In this document: one piece after another, positions 52,495 through 64,000 of the stretch
How the letters are laid out: the number at the start of each line of letters is the position of its first letter
Position numbering within the stretch: the stretch's first letter is position 1
Assembly (NCBI RefSeq): GCF_006345805.1
Contig: NC_043003.1
Location: forward strand, 92,442,001-92,506,000
DNA from: Octopus sinensis
Taxonomy: Eukaryota
DNA length: 64,000 nt
Reading direction: 5' to 3'
Program-made: the position numbers and the translations under genes
Notes under the pieces: generated by a model
The model's input: only the letters and a program-made list of their open reading frames with translations
What the model was told of the DNA's origin: nothing
Database searches by the model: none

Positions 52495-52953
52495 CACAAG
52501 CACCCGCGCACATGAAAACATTTTCTATAACTTTCAAAATAAGTCAAAACATTAAAAGCCATTTTACTGTAAAGATGCTCTCGTTGTGAGAAAAAATTTA
52601 CAAACTTTTTTCCACAGTTTTATTGAACGAAACGATTAAGAGATGTGAATTTTATTTGTGTTTTATTTTTTCCTTCAGATCGTGGGAATGTCATATTTTT
52701 ACAAGAATACTACAGAAGGGGAAATGACCTTGGTAACAAATTGGCTGTAATACAGCTTTATTACTATCACACTGCACCTCACAAAATATGTCCCTAGTGT
52801 CACATGGCAACTTACACAATCTGAAGACGACATGAACAGGCTGTCACACTACACATTACCCAAACACAACATAACCAAACTTCCAGACAACATTCCGCAC
52901 TATGTACTCAAAACACTACATTAACAACAGTACACGACACACACGTTCTATGT

Positions 52954-53495
52954 GTGGAGGCGCGTGGCTTAGTGGTTAGGGTGTTAGCATCATGATCGTA
53001 AGATTGTGGTTTCGATTCCTGGACCGGGCGACGCGCTGTGTTCTTGAGCAAAACACTTCATTTCACGTTGCTCCAGTCCACTCAGCTGGCAAAAATGAGT
53101 AACGCTGCGATGGACTGGCGTCCCATCCATTCAAACTGGGAAACCGGGCCCATGAGCCTGGCTAGGCTTTAAAAGGGCGCATTTATTTTTTGTGGAGGCA
53201 CATGGCCTAGTGGTTAGGAGCAGCGGACTCGTGGTCGAGGGATCGCGGGTTCGAATCTCAAACCGGGCGGTGTGTGTGTTTATGAGCGAAACACCTAAGC
53301 TCCACGCGGCTCCGGCAGAAGGTAATGGCGAACTTCTGCTGACTCTTTCGCCACAACTTTCTCTCACTCTTTCCTCCTTCATCTTGCAGCGCATCTGCGA
53401 CGGACCGGCGTCCCGTCCAGGTGAGGAACCTATACGCCAAGGAAATCGGAAAACCGGCCCTTATGAGCCAGGCATGGCTCGAGAAGAAACAAACA
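52954..53495 (+). mobile_element. Heterodimeric SINE: family 3 (52954-53190) plus family 4 (53192-53495) inside one TSD
   Basis: ACACACGTTCT at 52939-52949 and 53496-53506. Confidence 0.85.
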
Positions 53496-53554
53496 ACACA
53501 CGTTCTGTCACACCGAAACAAAATATATTCACACTGCCATTATATGCCCTCCAC

Positions 53555-53860
53555 CAGTGGTTCTCAACCGGGGGTCCATATGATCCCTGTGGTGTTCATA
53601 CAAGATTTTTAGGGATCCACGCAAGCAAAATAGTAAATTGGGGACTCAGAGTAGTATATTAAGGGTCTACGAAAAACAATTTGCTTTCGATGTACTTACT
53701 GCAAGAAACAGCAAGATTTCTTTAATGTTTTACAACCTACACAAACTGCTCAAGTATGAAAAGCAAAATAGGAATTTCGAAAGAAATATCTATAAAACTA
53801 GTTTTTAGACAACGAATGGCCATGGAGGTCCACCAGAGTAAAATAATAATCAGAAGAATC
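53555..53860 (+). mobile_element. hAT (Charlie-like) MITE, right end decayed
   Basis: CAGTGGTTCTCAACCGGGGGTCCAT terminus. Confidence 0.6.
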
Positions 53861-54063
53861 CGGAGGTAAAAAATGGCTCTACACAATATACCCAGTGTGG
53901 TGTAGTTCAGTCTGGATTTCATCGTTCCAGCATTCAAGCTTAAATGAATCCCAAAACCTAGTTCTGTGAAGTAGTGACGTAGATTACATAAAACGTCTAT
54001 GCTTGCTCTCAACTGTAAATGCTAATTTTAGACCTTCGTTTAAATATAAGAATATGAACTTAC

Positions 54064-54244
54064 CTAAATTGTTATAATCTTCAGTAGAAGGAAAAACTTC
54101 ATCCTCCGGGTCTGGCACATCCGAGAGAAAGTAATACGAAGGTATTTCGTGGATGGGATTGCTAACATGTAATAGCTCTGCATTTGTGGCTATATTCGAA
54201 ACGTCAGTATCCAACACTGGAGATATTTCGTCGAAATGAGGCGG
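54064..54244 (-). CDS. Probable internal coding exon of an unidentified gene (PPHFDEISPVLDTDVSNIATNAELLHVSNPIHEIPSYYFLSDVPDPEDEVFPSTEDYNNL)
   Basis: T-run then GCATTTCCACAG| acceptor; AG|GTAAGT donor; 181 bp, open only in phase 0; non-repetitive sequence. Confidence 0.6.
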
Positions 54245-54452
54245 CTGTGGAAATGCAAAAAAAAAAAAAAGACATACATTATGTGTACGCGTGTATGTTT
54301 GTACGTCTATATGTATGCATCATATCATATACACATATATAAGTCTAATAAGAATGGCAAAAATTGCGAGAACGAGAGAGGAAAAGAATGTATTGTAAAA
54401 TTTACCGTACCATATTTCATTATGAAAATTTTACAAATAATTATTCCGAGTA

Positions 54453-54494
<42 letters not shown>

Positions 54495-54513
54495 GCGCGC
54501 GTGTATAGGTGTA

Positions 54514-54558
<45 letters not shown>

Positions 54559-54906
54559 ATAGGTGTGTGTAATTTTTGGGGACTAATGGGTATATATCAG
54601 TTAGTGTGTTGAGTAAAGCACGTCCACAGTTTGGGCTACCTGGTGTCATCCACGATTGGGGTATATTTCCCCATAACAGACAGCTGCAGGACGGGTCGAA
54701 ACGTTCGTCGTACTGAAAAAAGACTAGTGCTAAATCTACTTTCCGTTTCCTTCATCAATTATACATACATACATATATATATATATGTGCATGTGGGTGT
54801 ATTCCGGCGTATCCACTTATACTTACTATATTAGGTTATCTTTGTGCCCTCCTTAATTTGTATTCCATTTTATTTATCTATTTATCTATACATGGATATA
54901 TATATA

Positions 54907-54951
<45 letters not shown>

Positions 54952-56072
54952 TATATTCATATTTATTTATTTAATTATTTATTTTTGTTTATTTGGCACT
55001 TACTAATCTATAATTAATTTAATTTATAATTAATGAACTTATATCTAAATTAATAGTAACTTCTGTAGGTGTGTGAAAATGTGTATGTGTACGTATGTAT
55101 GTTTTTGTACATATAGGTATGATCGTGGGTGGATGTACGGATGTATGTTTTTATTACACATATGAGCACGCAGGTACGTACTTGGATATGTATATATGTA
55201 TATGCGAATATTTATTCATGGGTGGATATAAATATAGGTTTTATTTGTACGTATGAGTGCGCAGATATATATTTAAATATATATATATGTGTGTGCGAAA
55301 GTTCCCTGACACAGTATATGAAAGTGTATTAATATTTATGCGTATATGCGGATGTGCGTGTGAGTGTGTGTGTTAGTGTTAGACACTGCTGCCTGTACTG
55401 ATTTGTCTATAAGCCATGCGATGACAGACATACACTCTGCAATTTATTGAATGTGTAGAGATGTGTCGGGGTGTATTCATGTGTATGTGCATGTGTGTGT
55501 GAGTTTCTGTGTGGATGTGTGGGTTTAGGGTTAGATGTGGATGTGTATGTTTTGCTTGTGCGGTATGGTGGATGTCGGGAGGCTCTCAATTGACCAACCG
55601 TGAGGAAGATAATGATAATTTTAAATTCAAATCCAATAGTTATTTATGTCATAAGGAAAATTACTAACTGGAACCGGGACATACATTATACCGCTCTGGA
55701 TCCTAATGTAAGCGTTATTATAATATATGAATGATAATAATGGTAACATTAATGGTATTGACAACGATGATGATGCTAACTTTAATGACACTTTAGAAAT
55801 TAGTATGAAGTAATATAATGTACTATTGACTATGTATATTTGCATCTAGGTACTAATTTGTGTATGTTTATTATCACAATATCAAGTAGAAAAACTGAGA
55901 CATTGAATGCGGAACACATATATATGTTTACTAATTTATATTATTTATTTATATCATTATGTATATGTATATTTTTATATGTATAAGAGTGTGATTATAT
56001 GCACTCGTATGTATATGTTGTATTATGGGTATGTACCCACACCCATGTGGGTATATATGTAGACTGATTTAT

Positions 56073-56212
56073 ATTACATAATCTCCGAAGAGGCCTTATG
56101 ATATTTTTGTAAATGTCTCATTTATATCTATATATTGACCTACCATAAAAGGCTAATATTGGTAAAATGAGACATACTTATCTACATGGCCGAAACAGCT
56201 GTAAGATGTAAT
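56073..56212 (+). ncRNA. Type I hammerhead-like ribozyme with an extended stem II and a palindromic stem III
   Basis: ATCT-CCGAAGA-GGCC...GGCC-GAAA-CAGCTG-TA-AGAT; distal stem I ATTAC/GTAAT; U4C variant. Confidence 0.6.
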
Positions 56213-56449
56213 CTATACTTATATTTATATTTACTTATATTTATATTCTCTTTTATATATATTCTACTTATTACACAACATTACTCTTTTATGTACACTT
56301 TTTTATGTACATTCCTTTATGTACACTGATTTGTTCTGCCTTTTATATTTAACCCTACAGTCTCTTATGTGGTGGTTTAATAAAGTATGTGATTGAGTAT
56401 TATCTGGTAATTGATATTTGATTAGATGTATTTCTCCATTTTCTTATTT

Positions 56450-56577
<128 letters not shown>

Positions 56578-57617
56578 CACTCAGCTAATAAGCATGAAGT
56601 CTTTTACCGACATGCTGCAAAGTTCCGACCTACAAGACCTGCTCTTTCTGTGACTTATACAGTAACGCCAGTAATTTCGGAGATGGCTGCCATCGTGCAA
56701 TCTCCCAATGAGACTATCTCGTCTCACTCGGGTCGCCAATTCTCGTTACTCATACTGTACTTTACCTGCAAGACCCAAACTAACCCTTAAGCTCCAGAAT
56801 TTCCTCTTCCAGAACGTCGTATCCTTGGAATACCGTCTCTACTCATGTATTTTAGAGGGGGGGTTCTTGCACCCGCAATTTATAACTATCCAAGGGGAAT
56901 ATCAATTGCGTCGACCTCATTGTTCTGGAAGAGCCTCCGAAGGTAACTGATACACCTCCTTCCTCGAGAATGAAAAAAAAGTAAATATAAATAAACAATA
57001 ATAAGCACACACACACCACACTCACCATATATACATAAAAGTAAAGGTGAATTATTTGTTAAAGACTAGGGTTAATTGTCATCAAGTATTTATCTTATGA
57101 ATACCTCTAATGTTACGTATTTTCGTTACCTTTCAGATGATAAATACAGCGATATGGAAAGGCGGCAGATAATGTTTCAGTGACTCAAAGATACAAAAAA
57201 ATCCCACCAAAAGCCAATGCATTACCTGATTAGATGTATAAATGTGTGCGTGTGCGTGTGGCTGTGTGTGTGTGTGCGCGCGCGCGCGTGTGTGTGTGTG
57301 TGGGGGGTCTGCAGATCTATCTATCTGTCTATCTATCCATCTATCTATCTATTTGTCTATCTGCCTGTCTGACTATCAGTCTGTGTATGTATGTATGTAT
57401 GTATGTATGTATGTATGTATGTGAATATCTATAGTCATAACATTTCATTATATCAAGATAAAATTAACGATAACGTATAATATATATATAACTATGATTA
57501 AGCAGCTGATACTGAGATATAGATTCACAGTTTAACATAGGTATATTTGTGATTAATTTTTTGGTTTTGGTGTAGCTAAGAAAGATACACGCACGCACAC
57601 GCGCGCACACACACACA

Positions 57618-57656
<39 letters not shown>

Positions 57657-57731
57657 TAACGCAGTTTCTCTTCCGTTGAAAGACGGTGAGTGATGCCTAA
57701 GAGTTAGATTTATTTAATTTCATCGATCATA

Positions 57732-58144
57732 AGCGCATGAGTGGCTGCGTGGTAAGTAGCTTGCTTACCAACCACATGGTTCCGGGTTCGGTCCCACTGC
57801 GTGGCACCTTGGGCAAGTGTCTTCTACTATAGCCTCGGGCCGGCCAAAGCCTTGTGAGTGGATTTGGTAGACGGAAACTGAAAGAAGCCTGTCGTATATA
57901 TGTATATGTATATATGTGTGTTTGTGTTTGTATGTCTGTGTTTGTCCCCCCCTCCCCAACATCGCCTGACAATCGATGCTGGTGTGTTTACGTCCCCGTA
58001 ACTTAGCGGTTCGGCAAAAAAGAGACCGATAGAATAAGTACTAGGCTTACAAAGAATAAGTCCCGGGGTTGATTTGCTCGACTAAAGGTGGTGCTCCAGC
58101 ATGGCCACAGTCATATGACTGAAACAAGTAAAAGAGTAAAAGAG
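57732..58144 (+). mobile_element. SINE family 1, full length
   Basis: Homology to 586-1000. Confidence 0.9.
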
Positions 58145-58423
58145 ATCTTTTCAGCTTGGCTGCCAATTTTCGAAATTTCAAAGTTTATTGAAAATTTTTT
58201 AATTTGGTACATTAATGTAGTATTCCAAGTTGAATCTCTGGAGGTATTTCACTTTTTCCAGAATTAAAAAAAAAAAAAAAGTTATAAAGGTTTAAAGTTT
58301 GATAATTTTCACTTAGTCAGAAAACAGGATTTGGAAGCTGTCATTTTGTGCGTAAAGTGTTTTATTACGAAACTAAATAAATCAGCTTCTGCTTTACGCA
58401 CGACATATAACTCCTAATAACTT

Positions 58424-59042
58424 ATGCATACAACATTTCCTGCAACTGTCATGGTTTTAGAGGTTGTCAGCAATGAACGTCATGTGACGCCTCCTTGCTT
58501 CTTTCCACAAGGCCTTAGAGTTAACTCTGCTGCCTACATGGAGGTCCTGGAAACAATTGTTAAGCCCTGGATAGACAGTGTATGCAATGGAAGGTCATAT
58601 GTGTTTTAGTAAGAGTCTGCACTATCACACGTGGCTCTAGTAACACAGAGATGAATGGCTGGAAATTTTCATGATCCCATAACTTTTAACACTTGACTTC
58701 CTAGTTCCCTAGATCTCAATCCATTGGACTATTACATGTGGAGCGTTGTTGAGAAAGAGGCCAATGAACACGCGCCCATAACATCAAAGATTCTTTGAAA
58801 GCTGCCATTGTCATATTAATGTCCAAAATTAACCAAGACCACTTGATTCGAGCATGTAGATGATTTAGACCTCATATAGAAGCAGTTGTTGAAACTGATG
58901 GTGGCTTTATTGAATAACATTACAGAAAAGAAGGTTTATTTTTATCTTCATAGCATTTTTTCATAAAGAAAGTTATTATCTGCTATTATATATTTGTTTC
59001 TTATAAACATAAAATCTGTCTTCAAATATCTTACGCACCCTG
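58424..59042 (+). mobile_element. Decayed Tc1/mariner DD37D (maT-type) transposase 3' part with right TIR
   Basis: VMVLEVVSNE...YVF**ESA...(37 codons)...SLDLNPLDYYMW; ends in CGCACCCTG|TA. Confidence 0.85.
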
Positions 59043-59060
59043 TATATGTGTATATATATA

Positions 59061-59105
<45 letters not shown>

Positions 59106-59214
59106 ATAATATATATGTATGTATGTATGTAATATATGTATGTATATATATATATATATATATATAATATATGTATGTATGTATGTATGTATATATGTAT
59201 GTATGTTATATATA

Positions 59215-59247
<33 letters not shown>

Positions 59248-59264
59248 ATATATAATATATATTA

Positions 59265-59335
<71 letters not shown>

Positions 59336-59717
59336 TATAACTCCCTATATATAATCAAAAGAAAGAGTAAATACAGACTAAAATGGCTGTTTAACAAACT
59401 GAAATATTTAGAATGAGATACCGTAATACCAACACATACATACTCTGTTAGAGCAAATCAAGGTAAGTATGAGAATGTATAGAGAGAAGTCTAGGCAACG
59501 GCCATATTTGAAATGACGAATGTTAGGGAATTTCCGGTCATATATTGACTGAGTTACTATTCTTGGCTTAACCTGCTTCTTTTTTCGGCTCTGTTTGGTT
59601 ACGCTTAACACTGTTGCTTGAGCTATTGTTGCTCATCTTGCTGTTGTCATTGTTGTTGCTGTCGTTGTTAGTAATGATATTGATAGCTTTGTTGAACTTG
59701 TTGTTGTTCTATGGTTT

Positions 59718-59878
59718 AAGGAAGATTGTTTGCAAAGCTATTATAGCCCTGTGGAATACAAACGAAATACAAAGCCAATGGAATGCGTCGGAGTCTCTAC
59801 CTTGATCTCACAGCCGTGTCAGTGTTTCTCAGTTACAGTAACAGAATGAGGGAACGGAGACGGCTATAAAAAAATTGT
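59718..59878 (+). repeat. About 160-bp direct repeat, copy 1 (copy 2 at 63841-64000)
   Basis: 9 substitutions and one 1-nt indel between the copies. Confidence 0.95.
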
Positions 59879-59969
59879 CCTTCGTCAAATGCTTCTTCAC
59901 ACAAAACTCAGTCTACTCTCTCTTTCTCTCTCTCTACCCCACTCTCTCTCTCTCACACATACTCCACCT

Positions 59970-60009
<40 letters not shown>

Positions 60010-60229
60010 GTATACACACACACACATATATACTTTCGCTTTATCGCTTTCTCTTTCTCTCTTCTCCACAGAACACTGTCTTCTTTTCCTTCCTCTAGTT
60101 CCGTCTTTTCCTTCTTTCTTCCCTACCATATCGCCCTCTAAATACACACATGTACCTATCTTCTCATACATGAGTATGCGTGTGCGCGCGCGTGTATATA
60201 TATATAATGGATATATATTGAAAATATAA

Positions 60230-60390
60230 ATGTGGCTGCATGGTAAGAAGCTCGCTTTCCAATTTCCCAGCCGCATGGTTCCGGGTTCAGTCTCACTGCG
60301 TGGCACCTTGGGCAAGTGCTTTCTACTATAGCCTCCAGCCGACCAAAGCTTTGTGAGTGGATTTCCAAGAAGGAAACTAAAAGAAACCCG
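60230..60390 (+). mobile_element. SINE family 1, 5' part
   Basis: Homology to 586-750. Confidence 0.8.
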
Positions 60391-60458
60391 TCACACACAC
60401 ACACCACACACACACACACACACCAACACACCACACACACACACACATAATATATATA

Positions 60459-60492
<34 letters not shown>

Positions 60493-60496
<4 letters not shown>

Positions 60497-60838
60497 ATTA
60501 TTGGTGATTGAAGAAATGGAGCTGAACGCAGATTGACAGAAATCGTTTTATTTCATTCTACACGTGTTTCGAAAGGCACAAATTATCATTGTATGATAAA
60601 CAGTTTCGCCATGGGCTCTTAGGAGCACAGTTCGATTTGTTTTTTGCTCCGCCTCTGTTCTGTTTTTGTTTTTCCAACGGATTTCCTTTTTTCTTCCTGA
60701 AGAGAAAGACACAATATGGTCCCATTATTCAATCGGATTTTGGTAATTTGTGCCTTTCGAAACACGTGTAGAATGAAATAAAACGATTTCTGTTCAATCT
60801 GCGTTCAGCTCCATTTCTTCAATTCACCAATAATGTTT
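60493..60838. repeat. Inverted repeat, arms 60493-60585 and 60744-60838, in a (TA)n-flanked PLE-like fragment
   Basis: Near-perfect reverse complements differing by small indels. Confidence 0.92.
60689..60778 (+). ncRNA. Type I hammerhead ribozyme with a canonical core
   Basis: CUGAAGA 60697-60703; stem II GAAAG/CUUUC plus CACAA/UUGUG; GAAA 60759-60762; palindromic stem III ACACGUGU; predicted cleavage after GUA at 60770; stem I UUC/GAA plus UUUU/GAAA. Confidence 0.7.
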
Positions 60839-61002
60839 TAATTTCAATTATCCGCACCAACGCACGGTTGCAACGCCAGATGGTTTGTCCTCCAACCGTG
60901 CTGTTTACTGCTGTGATTTTTGCTACTAAGGTATCGGTTAAACTTTTGATTAATCTACTACAAGATTATTCATCTTTCTATTTCACATAATAATATATAT
61001 AT

Positions 61003-61051
<49 letters not shown>

Positions 61052-61236
61052 CTATATATATATATATATGTATGTATATTTGTATATCTATGCGTTTGTC
61101 TTTGTTCATTCACCCCTACCGCTTGTCAACCGGTGTTGGTGTGTTGTGCGTTTACGTCCCTGTAACTTAGCGGTCAGGCTAAAGATTTCGATAGAATAGG
61201 TACCATGCTTCTGAGCATAATATCTTCAAAGGAAAA

Positions 61237-61350
61237 AAATATACTCTTGGATGTTTTATATGTTTATGGATTCATTATAGCAAACTGCTATACTATTCAG
61301 TCTGCTATAATGAATCCATAAATACATATAAAACATCCGAGAGTATATTT
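61237..61350. repeat. Long hairpin with about 50-bp arms and a 10-nt loop
   Basis: Arms 61237-61287 and 61298-61350; one mismatch, one G-U pair, one 2-nt bulge. Confidence 0.92.
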
Positions 61351-61351
61351 A

Positions 61352-61437
61352 TTCCCCTCTGAAGATATGCTCAGGTCATTTAAATTTAATATTTACTTAA
61401 TATTTACTGAGTATTAATTGAAACAGCTGTAAGGGAA
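61352..61437 (+). ncRNA. Hammerhead-like motif with an imperfect stem II junction
   Basis: UUCCCCU-CUGAAGA...AUGCUCAG/CUGAGUAU...GAAA-CAGCUG-UA-AGGGAA; same stem III as 56192-56203. Confidence 0.5.
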
Positions 61438-61619
61438 GCTGATTAATTTGCTGTTAATAATAGGCAATTATTAACTTCCCAAACTCCATTTTCTTTTTCT
61501 TCTTTATATGAATATTAACTATATGTTTATATGTATGTATGTATGTATGTATGTATTTATGTATGTATGTACGTACGTACGCGTACGTACGTATGTATGT
61601 ATGTATGTATGTATGTATG

Positions 61620-61719
<100 letters not shown>

Positions 61720-62073
61720 TGTATGTATGCATGTACCAGTTATTTAAAGGAAATCAATTCCCTCAAAATACTAGTTACCGAAGCAGTATTTCCTCGGTTG
61801 AAAACCATCCCTTCATGAGGTTAACACAACCTCTAATCGAATTTTATATATATACAAACATATGTACATACATATATACATAAAGATATACATATATATT
61901 TGCATATGTGTATACATACATGCATACATACATACACACATACATACATACATACATACATACCTACATACATACATACATACCTACATACATACATACA
62001 TACATGCATACATACATACATACATACATACATACATACATACATACATACAAACATACATACATACATACAT

Positions 62074-62635
62074 ATGAGTGTCGGTTGAAAAATTCGAATG
62101 GTGACCAAGATATCCTCATGGAACATCACGAAATGCGGTTTATTTTCCATCATAGTCCCCCTTGCGGCCCACACACTTCTTGCAACGGTGTTGCAGTGCT
62201 TGGATCCCATTGGTGAAGAAGCTCTCATTATGTTAGCCAAAAACGTCATCAACAACAGATATGACGTCATCACCACTGTGTCACTGCTTACCAGTTTAGT
62301 GTTTTATCATATTAGGGAGCAGATGGTTGTCAGACGGGACCAAGTCACGAGAATAGGGAGCGTGAATTCTACTGTTACATACAACAACCATTGAAACCAA
62401 GAATTTGTGTCCTGATGAAGCAAGACACCTTTCGACAGTTTTCCCGGGCTTTGGTCTTTCGTAACTGCCTCAGTTAGTCGGCACATCATTCTCCATTGAT
62501 AATTTGGCCTTTTTGAAGACAGTCAGTAAACACATTGCCTTTTGCATTCCAAAAAACTGAGGCCATTACCTTCCTCGCAAATGAAACGACCTTGGCCTTC
62601 TTCAGAGCAGATGAAAAGTGGTGTTTCCAACACTC
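62074..62635 (-). mobile_element. Decayed mariner-type transposon fragment with a terminal region
   Basis: KKAKVVSFARKVMASVFWNAKG...GQIINGE...PGKLSKGVLLHQD; mariner-like terminus at 62074. Confidence 0.8.
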
Positions 62636-62674
62636 ATAAATCACATTCATACACACACGCACACGCACGCACAC

Positions 62675-62739
<65 letters not shown>

Positions 62740-63090
62740 CACACACACTTGTATATGTATCTACGTATCCGTATATATATATGGTTTATAATAGACAGGG
62801 AACTTAGAGCAAATTTTCCGATGCCATTACTTAAATTTGCATAATTAGTGAATTATTTTCACACAAAAAACTCTCGCCAGGTGTGAATATGCTTCTCTGA
62901 GGACATCAATGAATAGGACTAAAGTACATCCAAGGTTGTTACACTTGTGATCACCCACAAACGCACACGCACGCACGCACGCACGCATACACAAACAAAC
63001 AAACACGAGAATATATATATATATATAGATATAATTGTACATATGTAGGTAAATAGACAGACTGGCAGACAGAAAGACAAATAGACAGAC

Positions 63091-63176
<86 letters not shown>

Positions 63177-63454
63177 GAAAATTTATAATCCAATTTGTGT
63201 CTCCATCAGGCACATCGGCACATTCCGGTTCTCCAAAGTATATTAGTAGATGTTATGATTTATATGAGAGTCGAAAATATTGGGTGATACGGTAAAATAC
63301 TAGGAAATATTTATTGCAGAATAATTATATATTAAAACAGAAAACTGGAATTTTGGGGACGATTTGATCCATATTACATAGGCTTCTTTACCAATATGTG
63401 TCACATCGGTATACATGTAGAAAATCACGTAAAACAACTTGTATTAGTAATTCG

Positions 63455-63489
<35 letters not shown>

Positions 63490-63659
63490 TTAAACGGTTT
63501 CATTCGGCTCCATGGGACTTAAAGTTTCCTAGGATTCTAAAAGAAACCCATCTCCTTCAAGCTCAGATTACCGAATCGGTAATCTGACCCTAAACGAGGT
63601 AAATTTCTGTTATAAGCCTGTGAAACTTTAAGCCACATGGAACCGAATGAAATTATTTT

Positions 63660-63685
63660 AGGTAATAATAATAATAATAATAATA

Positions 63686-63732
<47 letters not shown>

Positions 63733-63763
63733 AACGATGATGATGATGATGATGATGATGAAA

Positions 63764-63809
<46 letters not shown>

Positions 63810-63840
63810 TAATAATAATAATAATAATAATGATAATAAT
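63660..63840. repeat. Compound (AAT)n(GAT)n(AAT)n microsatellite
   Basis: Direct reading. Confidence 0.95.
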
Positions 63841-64000
63841 AAGGAAGACTGTTTGCAAAGCGATTACAGCCCTGTGGAATATAAACGAAATACAAAGCCA
63901 ATGGAATGTGTCGGGGTCTCTACCTTGATCTCACAGCCGTGTCAGCGTTTCACAGTTACAGTAACAGAATGAGGGAACGGAGACGGTTATAAAAAATTGT
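63841..64000 (+). repeat. About 160-bp direct repeat, copy 2, cut by window end
   Basis: See 59718-59878. Confidence 0.95.

Noticed and set aside
54680-54710. GGGTCGAAACGTTCG as a hammerhead half
   Set aside because: No upstream CUGANGA core was found; at most it is a decayed PLE terminus.
56580-56960. GC-richer unique segment with several short open frames
   Set aside because: No frame is open throughout, and I recognised no motif or convincing splice pair; left unassigned.

Overview
Eukaryotic, AT-rich DNA that is dense in microsatellites and transposable elements. The SINE families and repeat composition point to an octopod cephalopod such as Octopus (inference, no database check). There is no intact long protein-coding ORF; nearly all ORFs in the supplied track are translations of simple repeats. 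Supported content: (1) one intact-looking tRNA-Ser(GCT) at 15655-15736; (2) a probable 181-bp coding exon on the minus strand at 54064-54244, plus weaker candidate exons, so the window may be largely intronic to a minus-strand gene; (3) many decayed elements: four tRNA-derived SINE families, Tx1/L1, CRE, R4/Dong and HERO-like LINE remnants, a Neptune-type Penelope-like element (PLE), a Merlin transposase and GG-terminal 8-bp-TSD MITEs, DD37D and mariner-type Tc1/mariner remnants, piggyBac and hAT MITEs, and a solo LTR. The most interesting signals are a set of hammerhead-ribozyme (HHR) folds in PLE-like termini next to (TA)n tracts, some paired with antisense arms or long hairpins, and several retroelement clades each embedded in its own microsatellite. 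SINE and remnant boundaries are approximate. All family assignments come from motif recognition by eye.
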